NCBI GenBank assembly: GCA_035450165.1
Contig: DAOTMI010000003.1
Coordinates: 217 to 64,216, forward strand
Direction: 5' to 3'
DNA from: Candidatus Woesebacteria bacterium
GTDB taxonomy: Bacteria > Patescibacteriota > Microgenomatia > UBA12405
Length of the DNA stretch: 64,000 nucleotides
Shown here: positions 19,546 through 29,379 of the stretch, one piece after another
Numbering within the stretch: position 1 is the first letter of the stretch
How the letters are laid out: each line of letters opens with the position of its first letter
Notes under the pieces: model-generated
The model's database searches: none
Told to the model about the DNA's origin: nothing
What the model saw: the letters and a program-made list of their open reading frames with translations, nothing else
Position numbers and translations under genes: made by a program

Positions 19546-21033
19546 ATGGAGTTTATCAAAAAAATTAGTTATCATATAACTGTGAATCCAGAAGAAATCC
19601 AATCACCTCTACCGCCAAGAAGAGTCGAAATTCCCCCAGTGCCAACAACCTCTTCATCCGTTATTAAGGATCAGACCACCATTAGTCAGCAAATTCAAAA
19701 ACAACAGGAAAGGGGACTAAAAAAATATCTAATTTGGCTGATAGCAGCAGCGATTATTCTTTTAATTATTCTTTTATTAGTTTACTTCCGAGGTCGAGGG
19801 AAAACCCCGGTAAGCAATCAAATAGAGTTAAATTATTGGGGATTATGGGAAGAAAGCAGTGTTATGGATGGAATTATTGCTGATTTTGAAGCTAAAAATC
19901 CCAATATCAAGGTAAATTACAAAAAGAATAGTCAGGAAAATTATAAACTTAGACTGCAAAATAAATTAGCTAAAACAGAAACCAGCGGGGAAACTGATAC
20001 TCCAGATATTTTTCGAATTCATGTCTCTTGGCTGCCTTTGTTTAAAAATGAATTGGCTCCAGTCCCCACCGAAACTGCCAATCGTATTGGATTAGAAACC
20101 GATTTTTATAAGGTTTTCTCAAAAACTTTAAAAACAGGGTCTAATTATAAAGCCATTCCTCTAATGTACGACGGTTTAGCGCTTTTTTATAATAAAGATT
20201 TAATTGGGGCGGTTGGGGGTGAATTACCAAAAACCTGGAATGACCTTCGGATAATAGCAGAAAAAATTACCAAAAGAGATGAACAAACAGACAAAATTGT
20301 TACCGCTGGGGCTGCCTTAGGTTCAGTCAATAATATCGATCATTGGAGTGATATTATTGGCCTAATGCTAAAACAAGGAGGGATTAATCCCCTTCTTAAT
20401 AGTGACGATGAAAAAATTAAGTCGGTTTTAGTTTACTACAGTCTTTACCGAACTAAATATCATCTCTGGGATGAAACTTTACCTCCGTCTACTTTGGCTT
20501 TTGCTAACGGCAGTTTGGGCTTTTATTTTGGTCCCTCGTGGCGGATATTTAATCTAAGGGATATTAATCCCAAATTAAACTACGAAGTTATATCTGTTCC
20601 TCAATTGGAAAATGAAAATGGTACCTTAACTAACGTCAATTGGGCTAGTTTTTGGGTAGAAGGAGTTAATACGAAAAGTAAACACCAAAAAGAAGCCTTT
20701 AAATTGTTAGAATTTTTAGCCTCTAAAGAAGCTTTGCAAAAAAGTTTTACCTTGGCTAGTCAAATTAGAGATTTTGGTCAAATTTCTCCAAGAAAAAGTA
20801 TGTTTGATCAAATGGGGGCCAACTCTAAAATTAAACCCTTTGTTGACGCCGCCGAGACAGCCGATAATTGGTATCTTTCTTCCCGAACTTTTGATGAAAG
20901 CCTCAATGACGAAATGATTAAGTATTTCGGTGACGCTATCAATGCCATCGTCAATCAAAATAAAGACGCGGCTGAAGTCATTATTACTTTAAGAAGCGGT
21001 ATTAATCAGCTAAAGACAAAATATGGGCTATAA
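19546..21033 (+). CDS. Membrane-anchored extracellular solute-binding protein (carbohydrate ABC family 1)
   Basis: TM helix, then ELNYWGLWE, FEAKNPNIKV, PDIF, IPLMYDGLALFYNKDL, PKTWNDL. Confidence 0.85.
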   Translation: MEFIKKISYHITVNPEEIQSPLPPRRVEIPPVPTTSSSVIKDQTTISQQIQKQQERGLKKYLIWLIAAAIILLIILLLVYFRGRGKTPVSNQIELNYWGLWEESSVMDGIIADFEAKNPNIKVNYKKNSQENYKLRLQNKLAKTETSGETDTPDIFRIHVSWLPLFKNELAPVPTETANRIGLETDFYKVFSKTLKTGSNYKAIPLMYDGLALFYNKDLIGAVGGELPKTWNDLRIIAEKITKRDEQTDKIVTAGAALGSVNNIDHWSDIIGLMLKQGGINPLLNSDDEKIKSVLVYYSLYRTKYHLWDETLPPSTLAFANGSLGFYFGPSWRIFNLRDINPKLNYEVISVPQLENENGTLTNVNWASFWVEGVNTKSKHQKEAFKLLEFLASKEALQKSFTLASQIRDFGQISPRKSMFDQMGANSKIKPFVDAAETADNWYLSSRTFDESLNDEMIKYFGDAINAIVNQNKDAAEVIITLRSGINQLKTKYGL

Positions 21034-21036
21034 ACT

Positions 21037-21690
21037 ATGATCATTTTAGTTAATTTTAAGGTTTATCAAGAAACTTGGGGCGAAGGGGCAATCAAATTTA
21101 CTTCAATTTGTCAAAGGGTTATGGAGGCAACTACTACAGAAATTATTCCCGTGGTTTCTGCTTTAGATTTAGTTAGAGTTAAAGCAATTATGGGTAAACA
21201 CAAGGTTTACCTCCAAAGCCTCGACGGTGATTTCGAGGGAGCTCATAATGGCGCTATTACCTTAAAACAGGCCCAAATATTAGGTGCTAATGGCGCTCTA
21301 ATTAATCATAGTGAAAAAAGATTAAAACCAGGGACAATTTTACAATTATTAAAAAACTGGCCAAAAGAAATGGATAGTGTTGTTTGTCTCCAAAGTTGGG
21401 GGCAAGTAGAAAGGTGGGCTAAAAACATTAGACCAACTTATATTGCTTATGAACCAAAATATTTAATTGGCAATCGAGAAAAATCGGTAGCAACAGAAAA
21501 ACCAGAGATGATAAAAAAAATGGTTGAATTTTACAAAAATATTCCTGTTTTAGCTGGCGCCGGCGTTAGAACCAAAGAAGATATTTTAGTAACCCAAAAA
21601 ATGGGAGGGGCTGGAGTCTTAGCTGCCGCCAATATTATTAAGTCCGATAATCCCGAAAAAACCTTAATGGAATTAGCCAGCCAAAGTTAA
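21037..21690 (+). CDS. tpiA: Triosephosphate isomerase (short archaeal type)
   Basis: NFK, NHSEKR, AYEP, GAGV; 217 aa. Confidence 0.88.
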   Translation: MIILVNFKVYQETWGEGAIKFTSICQRVMEATTTEIIPVVSALDLVRVKAIMGKHKVYLQSLDGDFEGAHNGAITLKQAQILGANGALINHSEKRLKPGTILQLLKNWPKEMDSVVCLQSWGQVERWAKNIRPTYIAYEPKYLIGNREKSVATEKPEMIKKMVEFYKNIPVLAGAGVRTKEDILVTQKMGGAGVLAAANIIKSDNPEKTLMELASQS

Positions 21691-22299
21691 AAACCAAATG
21701 TCCTGGCAATAAGTTTTTAAAACTTCAGCGGCTGATCTAAGGGTGGAACCAGTCGTATAAACATCATCGAAAAGAATGAGATTGCCTATTTGATTTTTAA
21801 CCGACGGATTTAGGGCAAAAGCGTGATCAACATTTTTCAACCGAGAAATTCTCTTTTGAAGACGGGCTTGGGGAGAGGTATGACGGGTCTTAATCAATAA
21901 ATCAGATCGATAATCCAATTTAAGCCGCCGGGCAATATTTTTAGCCAATAAATCAGCCTGATTAAATGAACGCCAATTATACCGCCACCAATGAAGAGGG
22001 ACGGCCGTCATTAGATAATGATTTTGCTGCCAGAATTGCCAAAGATGGGAATAATGCCCTTTTATGGAGTCAGCCGATAACTCCGCTAACTCGTCAACCA
22101 AATCAGTAACAAAATTGTATTTTAAATCGAGAATCGCCTGCTTAATCCCTTTCTGATACTTAAACAAACTTAATCGATTACTTTGAGGTTCGAGTGAATT
22201 GATTAAAATTTGCTGACGGCAGGAGTTGCAAAAATATTGACCAATTTTACCACAATCATAACATTTTCTAGGAAAAAGTAGATCGAGCACCCAAGGCAT
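21673..22299 (-). CDS. comF: ComF family protein (zinc ribbon plus phosphoribosyltransferase)
   Basis: CxxC...CxxC; VPLH...RSFNQA; LFDDVYTTGSTL. Confidence 0.88.
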   Translation of the reverse strand: MPWVLDLLFPRKCYDCGKIGQYFCNSCRQQILINSLEPQSNRLSLFKYQKGIKQAILDLKYNFVTDLVDELAELSADSIKGHYSHLWQFWQQNHYLMTAVPLHWWRYNWRSFNQADLLAKNIARRLKLDYRSDLLIKTRHTSPQARLQKRISRLKNVDHAFALNPSVKNQIGNLILFDDVYTTGSTLRSAAEVLKTYCQDIWFLTLAG

Positions 22300-22409
22300 A
22301 AATTTATTTTATGCTATCTAAGCCTCTGCAGGGGCAACAGGATATAGATCAAGGCATTTATTCTATGTTATACTTGGTCAGGAAAGAATTTTGTTCAAAT
22401 CGCGAATAT

Positions 22410-22438
22410 TTGCAAAAATAGGGAGAAAGTGATATAAT
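22410..22438 (+). promoter_or_regulatory. Sigma70-type promoter of ssrA
   Basis: TTGCAA-N17-TATAAT with an extended -10 TG, 8 nt upstream of the tmRNA 5' end. Confidence 0.7.
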
Positions 22439-22446
22439 ATTGTGTT

Positions 22447-22784
22447 GGAGATGTAAAGCTTCGACAGAGATTGTTCTTTAAAAGACGGCAGGCCGGCTTC
22501 GATCCCACAGCCGAAAAACAGGGATTAAAAATAAAATGCCATGAATTATTCTGGCGCCAATTACGCTTTAGCTTACGCTTAAGCCATTGGCCATTCCTTC
22601 TTTGCCTATTCCGGAGAAAAGAAAGGAGTGTCAACCAACCGGAATGCTTTTTCTTCAAGGGCAGCATTGAGGAAAATTAAGATTCGGGTAAGACCGAAAT
22701 TAGCTGTCTTTTTGGAAACAAAATAAGCTTGTAGATGTCTTTTTTAGTCATCTTTGGACCTCGGTTCGTTACCGAGCATCTCCG
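22447..22784 (+). ncRNA. ssrA: tmRNA; tag reading frame 22538-22582 encodes AMNYSGANYALAYA*
   Basis: 5' GGAGATGTAAAGCTTCGAC pairs with 3' CATCTCC; T-arm CTCGG-TTCGTTA-CCGAG; resume context ATAAAAT-GCC; YALAYA tag end; smpB about 1 kb away. Confidence 0.9.
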
Positions 22785-22801
22785 CTAAAGTAAAATAGAA
22801 T

Positions 22802-23785
22802 ATGGGTAAGTTAATTAAAGGGCTGGTAAAACAGATAAAAAAACTAGGAATAAAATATAGGAAACTGCTTTTAATAGGATTGATTGTTTATGGTCTTATT
22901 CTGTTGGGAATCGGTACTTTCATCGGTAGTTTTTTTAACAAAGCTACTTTAGATAAATTTCCTGAGCTAAACCGAGACAGTAAAATTCTAATTGCGGCTC
23001 CTCATATTGACGATGAAGTTATCGCTACCGGCGGTTTAATTCAAAAAGCAATAAAGGCTGGAGCGGAAATTAAAATTATTTACCTAACTAATGGCGATAA
23101 TAACCTTAATTCGGTCATTGTTGACGAAGACAAAAATCTTAAAATTGGTCCAGATGACTTTATCACTTTAGGTGAAACCAGAATGGCCGAAGGCCGGCAA
23201 GCAGCTAAAGATCTGGGTTTGTCAGATAAGAATCTGGAATTTCTTGGCTATCCCGACCAAGGCTTAAGTCAACTTTTCAATAATTATTACAGCGCTGATA
23301 AAAAATATTCTGCCAAGGGAATTAAATTCACTTATAATCCTTATGCCGGTACTTACCGTAGTAAACAGGATTATAACGGTGAAAACATAGTTAACGATCT
23401 GTCAACAATCATGAACAGTTTTCAACCTAATATTCTTATTATCCCCCATCCCCTTGATCAACATCCCGACCATAAAGCTACTTTCAGATTTTTTGATAAA
23501 GTTCTGGCCGAAAACCCCAAACAAAACAATATTAAAGTTTGGTTATATTTGGTTCACTATAAAAATTACCCGGCTGACAAACTGGTCGCTCCCAACAAAT
23601 TTTTATTTCCGCCATCAAAATTATTCAGTCAAAGCGGCTGGTTTAGTCTAGACTTAGATAAGGATGAAATCCAAGTTAAACTCAAAGCTTTAAGTGAAAA
23701 TAAAACCCAACTAGTTAAAATACCTCTTCTCGATTTAAGAATGTTTATTAGACGAAATGAAATTTTTGAAATTCACGAGTTTTAA
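22802..23785 (+). CDS. PIG-L/LmbE family deacetylase, membrane-anchored
   Basis: APHIDDE, TNGD, R..EGRQAA..LG, FLGYPD, DQHPDH. Confidence 0.9.
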   Translation: MGKLIKGLVKQIKKLGIKYRKLLLIGLIVYGLILLGIGTFIGSFFNKATLDKFPELNRDSKILIAAPHIDDEVIATGGLIQKAIKAGAEIKIIYLTNGDNNLNSVIVDEDKNLKIGPDDFITLGETRMAEGRQAAKDLGLSDKNLEFLGYPDQGLSQLFNNYYSADKKYSAKGIKFTYNPYAGTYRSKQDYNGENIVNDLSTIMNSFQPNILIIPHPLDQHPDHKATFRFFDKVLAENPKQNNIKVWLYLVHYKNYPADKLVAPNKFLFPPSKLFSQSGWFSLDLDKDEIQVKLKALSENKTQLVKIPLLDLRMFIRRNEIFEIHEF

Positions 23786-24164
23786 TTTTTTCCCTTTTTT
23801 CGTATTTTTTAATCTTTCGACCAACACCAATTTCCAGTTTAAACCACTTGCCATGAAGAAAAATTCTTATCGGTAAAAGGGTATATTTCTGCCGACGATA
23901 AGAAATCAATTTAGCAATTTCTTTCTCTTTTAATAAAAGCTGTCGAGGACGGGTGGGATCAATCGGCTGACTATGAGCATATTTATAGGGAGATAAACGA
24001 AGGTTCTCCAAATAAGGTACTCCTTGACGAATTTCCACCTTAGCACTAGCAAACTGAGCTGTTTGGGTCCGCAGTGACTTTGCCTCAGCCCCAGTTAACA
24101 CTAGGCCGGCTTCAAATTTATCGATAAATCGATAGTCACGGCAATCTTGATTAAAATGTTTCAT
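23748..24164 (-). CDS. smpB: SsrA-binding protein
   Basis: FEAGLVLTGAEAKSLR, R.RQLLL...EI, KKYEKRE. Confidence 0.92.
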   Translation of the reverse strand: MKHFNQDCRDYRFIDKFEAGLVLTGAEAKSLRTQTAQFASAKVEIRQGVPYLENLRLSPYKYAHSQPIDPTRPRQLLLKEKEIAKLISYRRQKYTLLPIRIFLHGKWFKLEIGVGRKIKKYEKREKIKTREFQKFHFV

Positions 24165-25633
24165 GGAAGGCTAATTATATAGATTTTTTGGTCGGAGGCC
24201 AAGATATAAAGATTTTTACTATTAAAATCAGCCGTTAAGTCAATTATTTTTATTTCTTCCACCGCTTTGACTAACTTTAATTCACCTGATTTACTAACTA
24301 CATAAACATGATTCTGGTCAGCAAATATCAAATCATCACTCATTGTGGAGGTCAACAAACTTTTAGCACCGGTCAAAACCAAATTTTGGCTAAAATTAAA
24401 TTTGTCCTGTTTACCATGAAAATAAGGCTTTAATTCGCCCGAATCAGTCAAAATCCAAATTTTACCATCAATAGCCATGGCTGCTGGATTAACCGGTAAT
24501 TGTTGACCAGCAGCTAACCACGAAGATAAGCTATTCAATTTTTTAATCGTTTCAGGGTATAAAACATAAAGACTATTGTTCCAAATCTGGAAATCCAGAG
24601 CTTCTTTTTCTAATGGGGCTAATTTTTTCCATTCTGTCCCATCAAATAGACGAATTTCACTGGCAGTTAAGGCATAAATCTTATTTTTGTCAGTAATTAT
24701 TGCCTTTATTCCTTGGAGATGATCACCTTGATCCAGTTCTTTCTTGCTCTGGGAAAGAGACAGCCAATCCAAACGATTATTGATGGGATCAAACATAACC
24801 AAACCGGAACCATTAAAAACTATTTGGGAATAGTTACTCGATTCGTTTATTAAATGAGTGTCATAGAAAAGTTCTAAAGGGTTCACCAACTTCTTAATTT
24901 TTTGGAAGTACAAATCTACTTCCCTTTGATCATGGGAAATTTCCTTTAAGTCTTGGAATAGTTTTTGAGCGGCTTCTGTTTCTTTTTGATTAATTTTTGT
25001 CTCTAATTGAGTAATTAAATTCTGATGTCTCATCTCTTTATTAATTTGCCGGTGGCGGTAAATAGTCCATAAACTAATCAGCAAAATAATAATTCCAATT
25101 AAACTAAAAATAATTGTCCATAATCGACGACGATGAACGGCTTCATGAACTGGCGCCCGCACTAAATACTGAGGATGAGTAATTGATCGGGAACGATTAA
25201 TTTCGATCAAAACAGCGGCTATATTGGCCGGAGGAAAAATATCAGAAGTGGCCCCTGAAATAAAAAGTTGTTTAATAAAATCACGGGAATTACTTATGGC
25301 CCACCAATCACCATCTTGTCCTCGGCCCCGAACCACTTGATGATGGGAAAAATCAAGGAAACTAAAATAATGGCCTCGTTTTACCGCCAAATAAACACCT
25401 TGACTTGCCATTGCCTCAAAATAATCACCATGGCTAATGAAAAGACCAACAGCGGCATTACTAATTTGATCTAAATTTCGCCGGCGATTAATAACACTAA
25501 TAATTTCTTGCCCTTGAACAGCATTATCAGCCCAAATTAAACCAAATAAACGGCCCTTTTTCTTCTCTTCCCAAAAATGAACCCACTGGCCGCTGCTCGA
25601 ATTACCATTGTAAAACCGGCAGGAATAATCCAT
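24161..25633 (-). CDS. Single-pass membrane protein with a probable C-terminal beta-propeller
   Basis: Central TM helix, coiled coil, repeated LYVLY/IWILT/LYILA strands. Confidence 0.6.
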   Translation of the reverse strand: MDYSCRFYNGNSSSGQWVHFWEEKKKGRLFGLIWADNAVQGQEIISVINRRRNLDQISNAAVGLFISHGDYFEAMASQGVYLAVKRGHYFSFLDFSHHQVVRGRGQDGDWWAISNSRDFIKQLFISGATSDIFPPANIAAVLIEINRSRSITHPQYLVRAPVHEAVHRRRLWTIIFSLIGIIILLISLWTIYRHRQINKEMRHQNLITQLETKINQKETEAAQKLFQDLKEISHDQREVDLYFQKIKKLVNPLELFYDTHLINESSNYSQIVFNGSGLVMFDPINNRLDWLSLSQSKKELDQGDHLQGIKAIITDKNKIYALTASEIRLFDGTEWKKLAPLEKEALDFQIWNNSLYVLYPETIKKLNSLSSWLAAGQQLPVNPAAMAIDGKIWILTDSGELKPYFHGKQDKFNFSQNLVLTGAKSLLTSTMSDDLIFADQNHVYVVSKSGELKLVKAVEEIKIIDLTADFNSKNLYILASDQKIYIISLP

Positions 25634-25645
25634 TAAATAATGATA

Positions 25646-25879
25646 CTACAAAAACAGAAGGGCCAAGAAAATCAACAGAAAGGCCAAAATAAGATGAAGA
25701 TAAGAAGCAATCATAATTGGCCGGTTGAACTTATCACGAATATTTTTAGAAAAAACCTTAACTTGTTTAACAATTAATAAGGCAAAAATTAAATAAATTA
25801 ATCCGCCGACAATAACAAAGATCTTAGTCAGAAGAAAAAAAATATTATTAAGATTAAGATTATTGGTTAAAGGATCCAT
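25646..25879 (-). CDS. Small two-TM membrane protein (DUF5657-like)
   Basis: YLIFALLIVKQVK motif; two hydrophobic helices. Confidence 0.6.
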   Translation of the reverse strand: MDPLTNNLNLNNIFFLLTKIFVIVGGLIYLIFALLIVKQVKVFSKNIRDKFNRPIMIASYLHLILAFLLIFLALLFL

Positions 25880-26519
25880 GATGACAAAGTTCCTGTAATA
25901 ATTTTAAAATCTTATCTGGGGCGGCAATCTTTTCAAAAACTAAATTAGGCCGTTCACCGGCTGTTTCAATTCTCACCGAACCATAGTTAAAAAACGTCTG
26001 ACTGGCTCCTGCTAATCTATAATCTATATCCTGAATATTTTTTATTTCCGCCTCAGTAAATTTACGATTGAGCAGATTAAAAATATCCATATCGATTACC
26101 CGCAAATTAGTAATGATACTTAAATCAAAGTACCAGGAAATAAATTTTTCCAAAGCAAAGGCTAAAGTAACCATATACCAAAAAATAATAATAAGGAGAA
26201 ATAAATTACCAGGTAAAGAGATCTCAACCGCTAATAATTTTAAAATCAAGGGAGCTAAAAACATTACCAAACTCAACAGAATCCAAGAAATGTTAGTAAA
26301 CCAATGAGGACGAAGAACTACATAAATAATCTCGCCCTCGCTTCGCTCACTAAAGTCAAAAAAATTAGGACAAATCAGAGTTGAGGAAAATGAATTACGA
26401 GTATGACCTAAAATTCTCCTGATAGGAGTTAAGTCTTCTTGAACATTTTCATTTTTTTCTGTTTTAATTATCTTATCATCGGGAGCAATCGTATCCAAAT
26501 TACCGGCTCGAATCGTCAT
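25860..26519 (-). CDS. Membrane protein with a bacterial PH domain
   Basis: LRPHWF, two TMs, IITNLRVID, FNYGSVRIETAG. Confidence 0.75.
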   Translation of the reverse strand: MTIRAGNLDTIAPDDKIIKTEKNENVQEDLTPIRRILGHTRNSFSSTLICPNFFDFSERSEGEIIYVVLRPHWFTNISWILLSLVMFLAPLILKLLAVEISLPGNLFLLIIIFWYMVTLAFALEKFISWYFDLSIITNLRVIDMDIFNLLNRKFTEAEIKNIQDIDYRLAGASQTFFNYGSVRIETAGERPNLVFEKIAAPDKILKLLQELCHHGSFNQ

Positions 26520-26548
26520 AAAAATATTTTAACATGGTCAAAGACTAA

Positions 26549-28252
26549 TTATTTCTTTTCAATATTAAACAGGGACGATTTGACAGCAATGGCACCGGGA
26601 GCTCGAAGATTATAAACCTGCTTAAAATCGCCGCCGTCAAAATCGAAACTACCCTTATCGGTAACTATATGAACAGTTTTGGTAAAGCCGCCGGTAGAAT
26701 AATCAACCGAAATGGAATCGATCGAAGAAACCGGTCCGCCCTTATCGCCTACCTGACGTCTCAATTCTTCCATTCCCCAGGCATTAGGATCGTTGCCGCC
26801 GAAACAACCGCCGGAATTATACTGGGAAAGATGAGAAGAATCATGAGTATTTTTGAAGTAAATATTGGCATTGATAATATCGGCAAATTCATCTTTAGTC
26901 AGCCAAGGATGGCTTCGGCCGCAACTAGTTCCGCTTCGGGTTTTATACCAACCTTTATAAAACCAAGGGGAGCCGGCCGCCTTCTCGTAGGCATCACCGG
27001 GCCAGCAGCCCTGACTACCACAGGTAGTGTCCCAAACACTAGGGGTAGCGTAATCACTTGAGCTATAACCATAGGTGTATCCCCCGGCAGTCGAGGCGTA
27101 CATAGTCGAGAAAATCCGGCCGGTAGAATTAGCTTTAATCACCAGGCCCCGGGTTGTCTCAACCGCCTCTTTCCACTTTCCAGGAGAATCATAGCGGGAG
27201 CGGGAATAAACTTGGCAGGTTTCAGTAACGCAGATGCTACCTGAACCCATATTGGTATAATTCAAGGCATAAGTGCGGGCGGCGATCGCCTGAGCTTTTA
27301 AAGCTTCCATGCCTCCTAATTCACCCCATTTAGCCGGCATCTCGGCAATACCAATCAAATAATTATCCTCAAAAGGCAGGGTCCCGATACTGGTTTTAAT
27401 TGAACCAGGGACATCAATTTTTTCCAAACGAATATCGCCATAATAGGCCTTTAAAATAGTCTCGTAATTTTGGCCGGCTTTAGCTCGGCCAAAAGCCCCA
27501 TATTGAGACATGCCTTTGCGGTGAGGTGCCCCGAAAGAAAAAACGGCATAGGCCGGAGAAAAGCCAGGATTAAAATCAGCTCGAGCGGCCGGATCATCGG
27601 CGGTCGAAACATCACCAACAGCAGTATTAAATACAGCTGTCTTTTCAGCAATTAAAGCCTGTTGTTTCGCCGTTAATTCCGCCTTATAATCTTCGGCCTT
27701 TTGGATTTCACCAGCCAAAAAACCAAAACGAGATTCGAGACTTTTTTTTAACCCAGCCAGTTTTATTTTCTGAGCCTCAAGATTGGCCTTATTCTGATTC
27801 AAAACAGACAAATCATTGGTATAAGTCATAATCAAATCCCGATCTTTAGCAATAATTGATTGATACCAATTATACTGACGGATTAATGAGGAGCTTTCAT
27901 TGCTGGCTAAAAAAATCATCAGCGGGTCAAACTTACGACTATTAATATAGTAGCGGCGGGCCCGTTCGCCCAAAAGAGTTTTTTGATTAGCCAATTCAGC
28001 CGCTTTTTCTTCAATATCGGCCGTTAGAGCTTCTATTTGCTTTTCAGCCAAGGCAATTTGAGACTTAGCAACGTTAATTTTTTTTGTCAGATCAGAACTT
28101 TCTTTTTTTAATGGGGAAAGAGCGGCGTCAATCTGGGCAATTTGTTCACCCAGTTTAGTAATATCACTATCAAGATCAGCGTAGCACGGAAAAGGTAGAA
28201 CAAATAAAAAGACGAAAAATATAAACCAGATATTTATCACCCGTCTCACCAT
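26549..28252 (-). CDS. Secreted coiled-coil plus SpoIID/LytB domain protein (peptidoglycan lytic enzyme family)
   Basis: Signal peptide; CwlO-like coiled coil; H.KGMSQYGA, EALKAQAIAARTYA, CQVY. Confidence 0.85.
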   Translation of the reverse strand: MVRRVINIWFIFFVFLFVLPFPCYADLDSDITKLGEQIAQIDAALSPLKKESSDLTKKINVAKSQIALAEKQIEALTADIEEKAAELANQKTLLGERARRYYINSRKFDPLMIFLASNESSSLIRQYNWYQSIIAKDRDLIMTYTNDLSVLNQNKANLEAQKIKLAGLKKSLESRFGFLAGEIQKAEDYKAELTAKQQALIAEKTAVFNTAVGDVSTADDPAARADFNPGFSPAYAVFSFGAPHRKGMSQYGAFGRAKAGQNYETILKAYYGDIRLEKIDVPGSIKTSIGTLPFEDNYLIGIAEMPAKWGELGGMEALKAQAIAARTYALNYTNMGSGSICVTETCQVYSRSRYDSPGKWKEAVETTRGLVIKANSTGRIFSTMYASTAGGYTYGYSSSDYATPSVWDTTCGSQGCWPGDAYEKAAGSPWFYKGWYKTRSGTSCGRSHPWLTKDEFADIINANIYFKNTHDSSHLSQYNSGGCFGGNDPNAWGMEELRRQVGDKGGPVSSIDSISVDYSTGGFTKTVHIVTDKGSFDFDGGDFKQVYNLRAPGAIAVKSSLFNIEKK

Positions 28253-28281
28253 TCAATTTTAACAGATGATATACTGATATC

Positions 28282-29379
28282 ATGAAAAGATTGATGAGGT
28301 GGGTGTTTATGTTTATGTTTTTGGTGTTTTTGGGTGGAAGTGAGGCATATGCTACTTGTGAAGATTATCCTGGGACAGGTAATTTAGGCGAGAATTGTTG
28401 TTTACTAGAACTGAATACTGGTTGGTTTGGAAAAAAGTATAAATCTGGTCAATGTAACACTGATCTTTATTGTAATCTTGAGACAGGAAAATGTGTTGAA
28501 GCAAAAGGTGTATGCGGAAAAGCAGTGGGGGGTGAATGTTGTAATTGGGTTTATCCATATGCAGGTAGTTGTGATAGTGAATTGGGGTTGTCGTGTGATA
28601 CTAAGGCCGGAAAATGTCAAAGAAAACCCGGTGGTACAACTACAGAACCATGGGGTGACCCTGGAAAGTGTCAATATATAAGAGATACGAATTCTTCAGA
28701 CAAAGAGTGCAAATTAATTGATCAATGTAATTATAGGAATGGATGGATGGGTATAGAATTATCAGATCCATTACAACGGGATCTTTATCCAAATTGTCCA
28801 CAATGTACGTGTGGAAAAAATCCACATTATCAATTAGATACGTGCCAGGTTTATCCATTTGACCAATATAGAATAATGACAAAATTTATGTTTTGTGGTC
28901 CAGGAATGGAACCAGAAATATATCTTTCTGCAAATAACACTACAAATTGTCGTTGTATTGTGGAAGGAAGTATTCATAATATCGATTATGTTGGGGATAA
29001 GTTGCAAAAATATGATAAAGAATGGTTTTCAAAAGCAAGTAATTCTGTTATAAGTGGGGTAGGAGTAAGGCTGTTTTGTGAGCCGATTGATAAAAATAAC
29101 CCCAAAGTCTACACTGCTCTCGGCTGTCTGCCAGTGTCGGTCACCGGTTTTACCGCCTGGATTATTCCAAATTTATTTGGTATCATCGGCGGAATTTGTT
29201 TCCTAGTTCTAGTCTACGGCTTTATTATGGTGGCCACTTCGGCCGGTGATCCTAAAAAAACTCAGGCAGCTAAAGAAACCATAACGGCGGCAATTACCGG
29301 TCTAATTCTTTCTATTTTTGCTATTTTTATCGTCAGATTAATCATGATTTATATCTTAAAAATTCCGGCAGTGAGATGA
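28282..29379 (+). CDS. Cys-rich protein with a C-terminal CPR pilin (VirB2/TrbC-like) domain
   Basis: Signal peptide; 25 Cys; TALGCLP...YGF...TSAGDPKKTQAAKETITAAITGL. Confidence 0.75.
   Translation: MKRLMRWVFMFMFLVFLGGSEAYATCEDYPGTGNLGENCCLLELNTGWFGKKYKSGQCNTDLYCNLETGKCVEAKGVCGKAVGGECCNWVYPYAGSCDSELGLSCDTKAGKCQRKPGGTTTEPWGDPGKCQYIRDTNSSDKECKLIDQCNYRNGWMGIELSDPLQRDLYPNCPQCTCGKNPHYQLDTCQVYPFDQYRIMTKFMFCGPGMEPEIYLSANNTTNCRCIVEGSIHNIDYVGDKLQKYDKEWFSKASNSVISGVGVRLFCEPIDKNNPKVYTALGCLPVSVTGFTAWIIPNLFGIIGGICFLVLVYGFIMVATSAGDPKKTQAAKETITAAITGLILSIFAIFIVRLIMIYILKIPAVR

Noticed and set aside
22310-22405. Possible small RNA between comF and tmRNA
   Set aside because: Only weak hairpins are present, and I could not match SRP, 6S or riboswitch consensus by eye.
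22395-22680. ORFs 22395-22667 (-) and 22471-22680 (+)
   Set aside because: They overlap tmRNA; only the short tag frame 22538-22582 is meaningful.
28352-28882. Several short alternative-frame ORFs within the first pilin gene
   Set aside because: They are explained by the skewed composition of the region and show no recognisable motifs.
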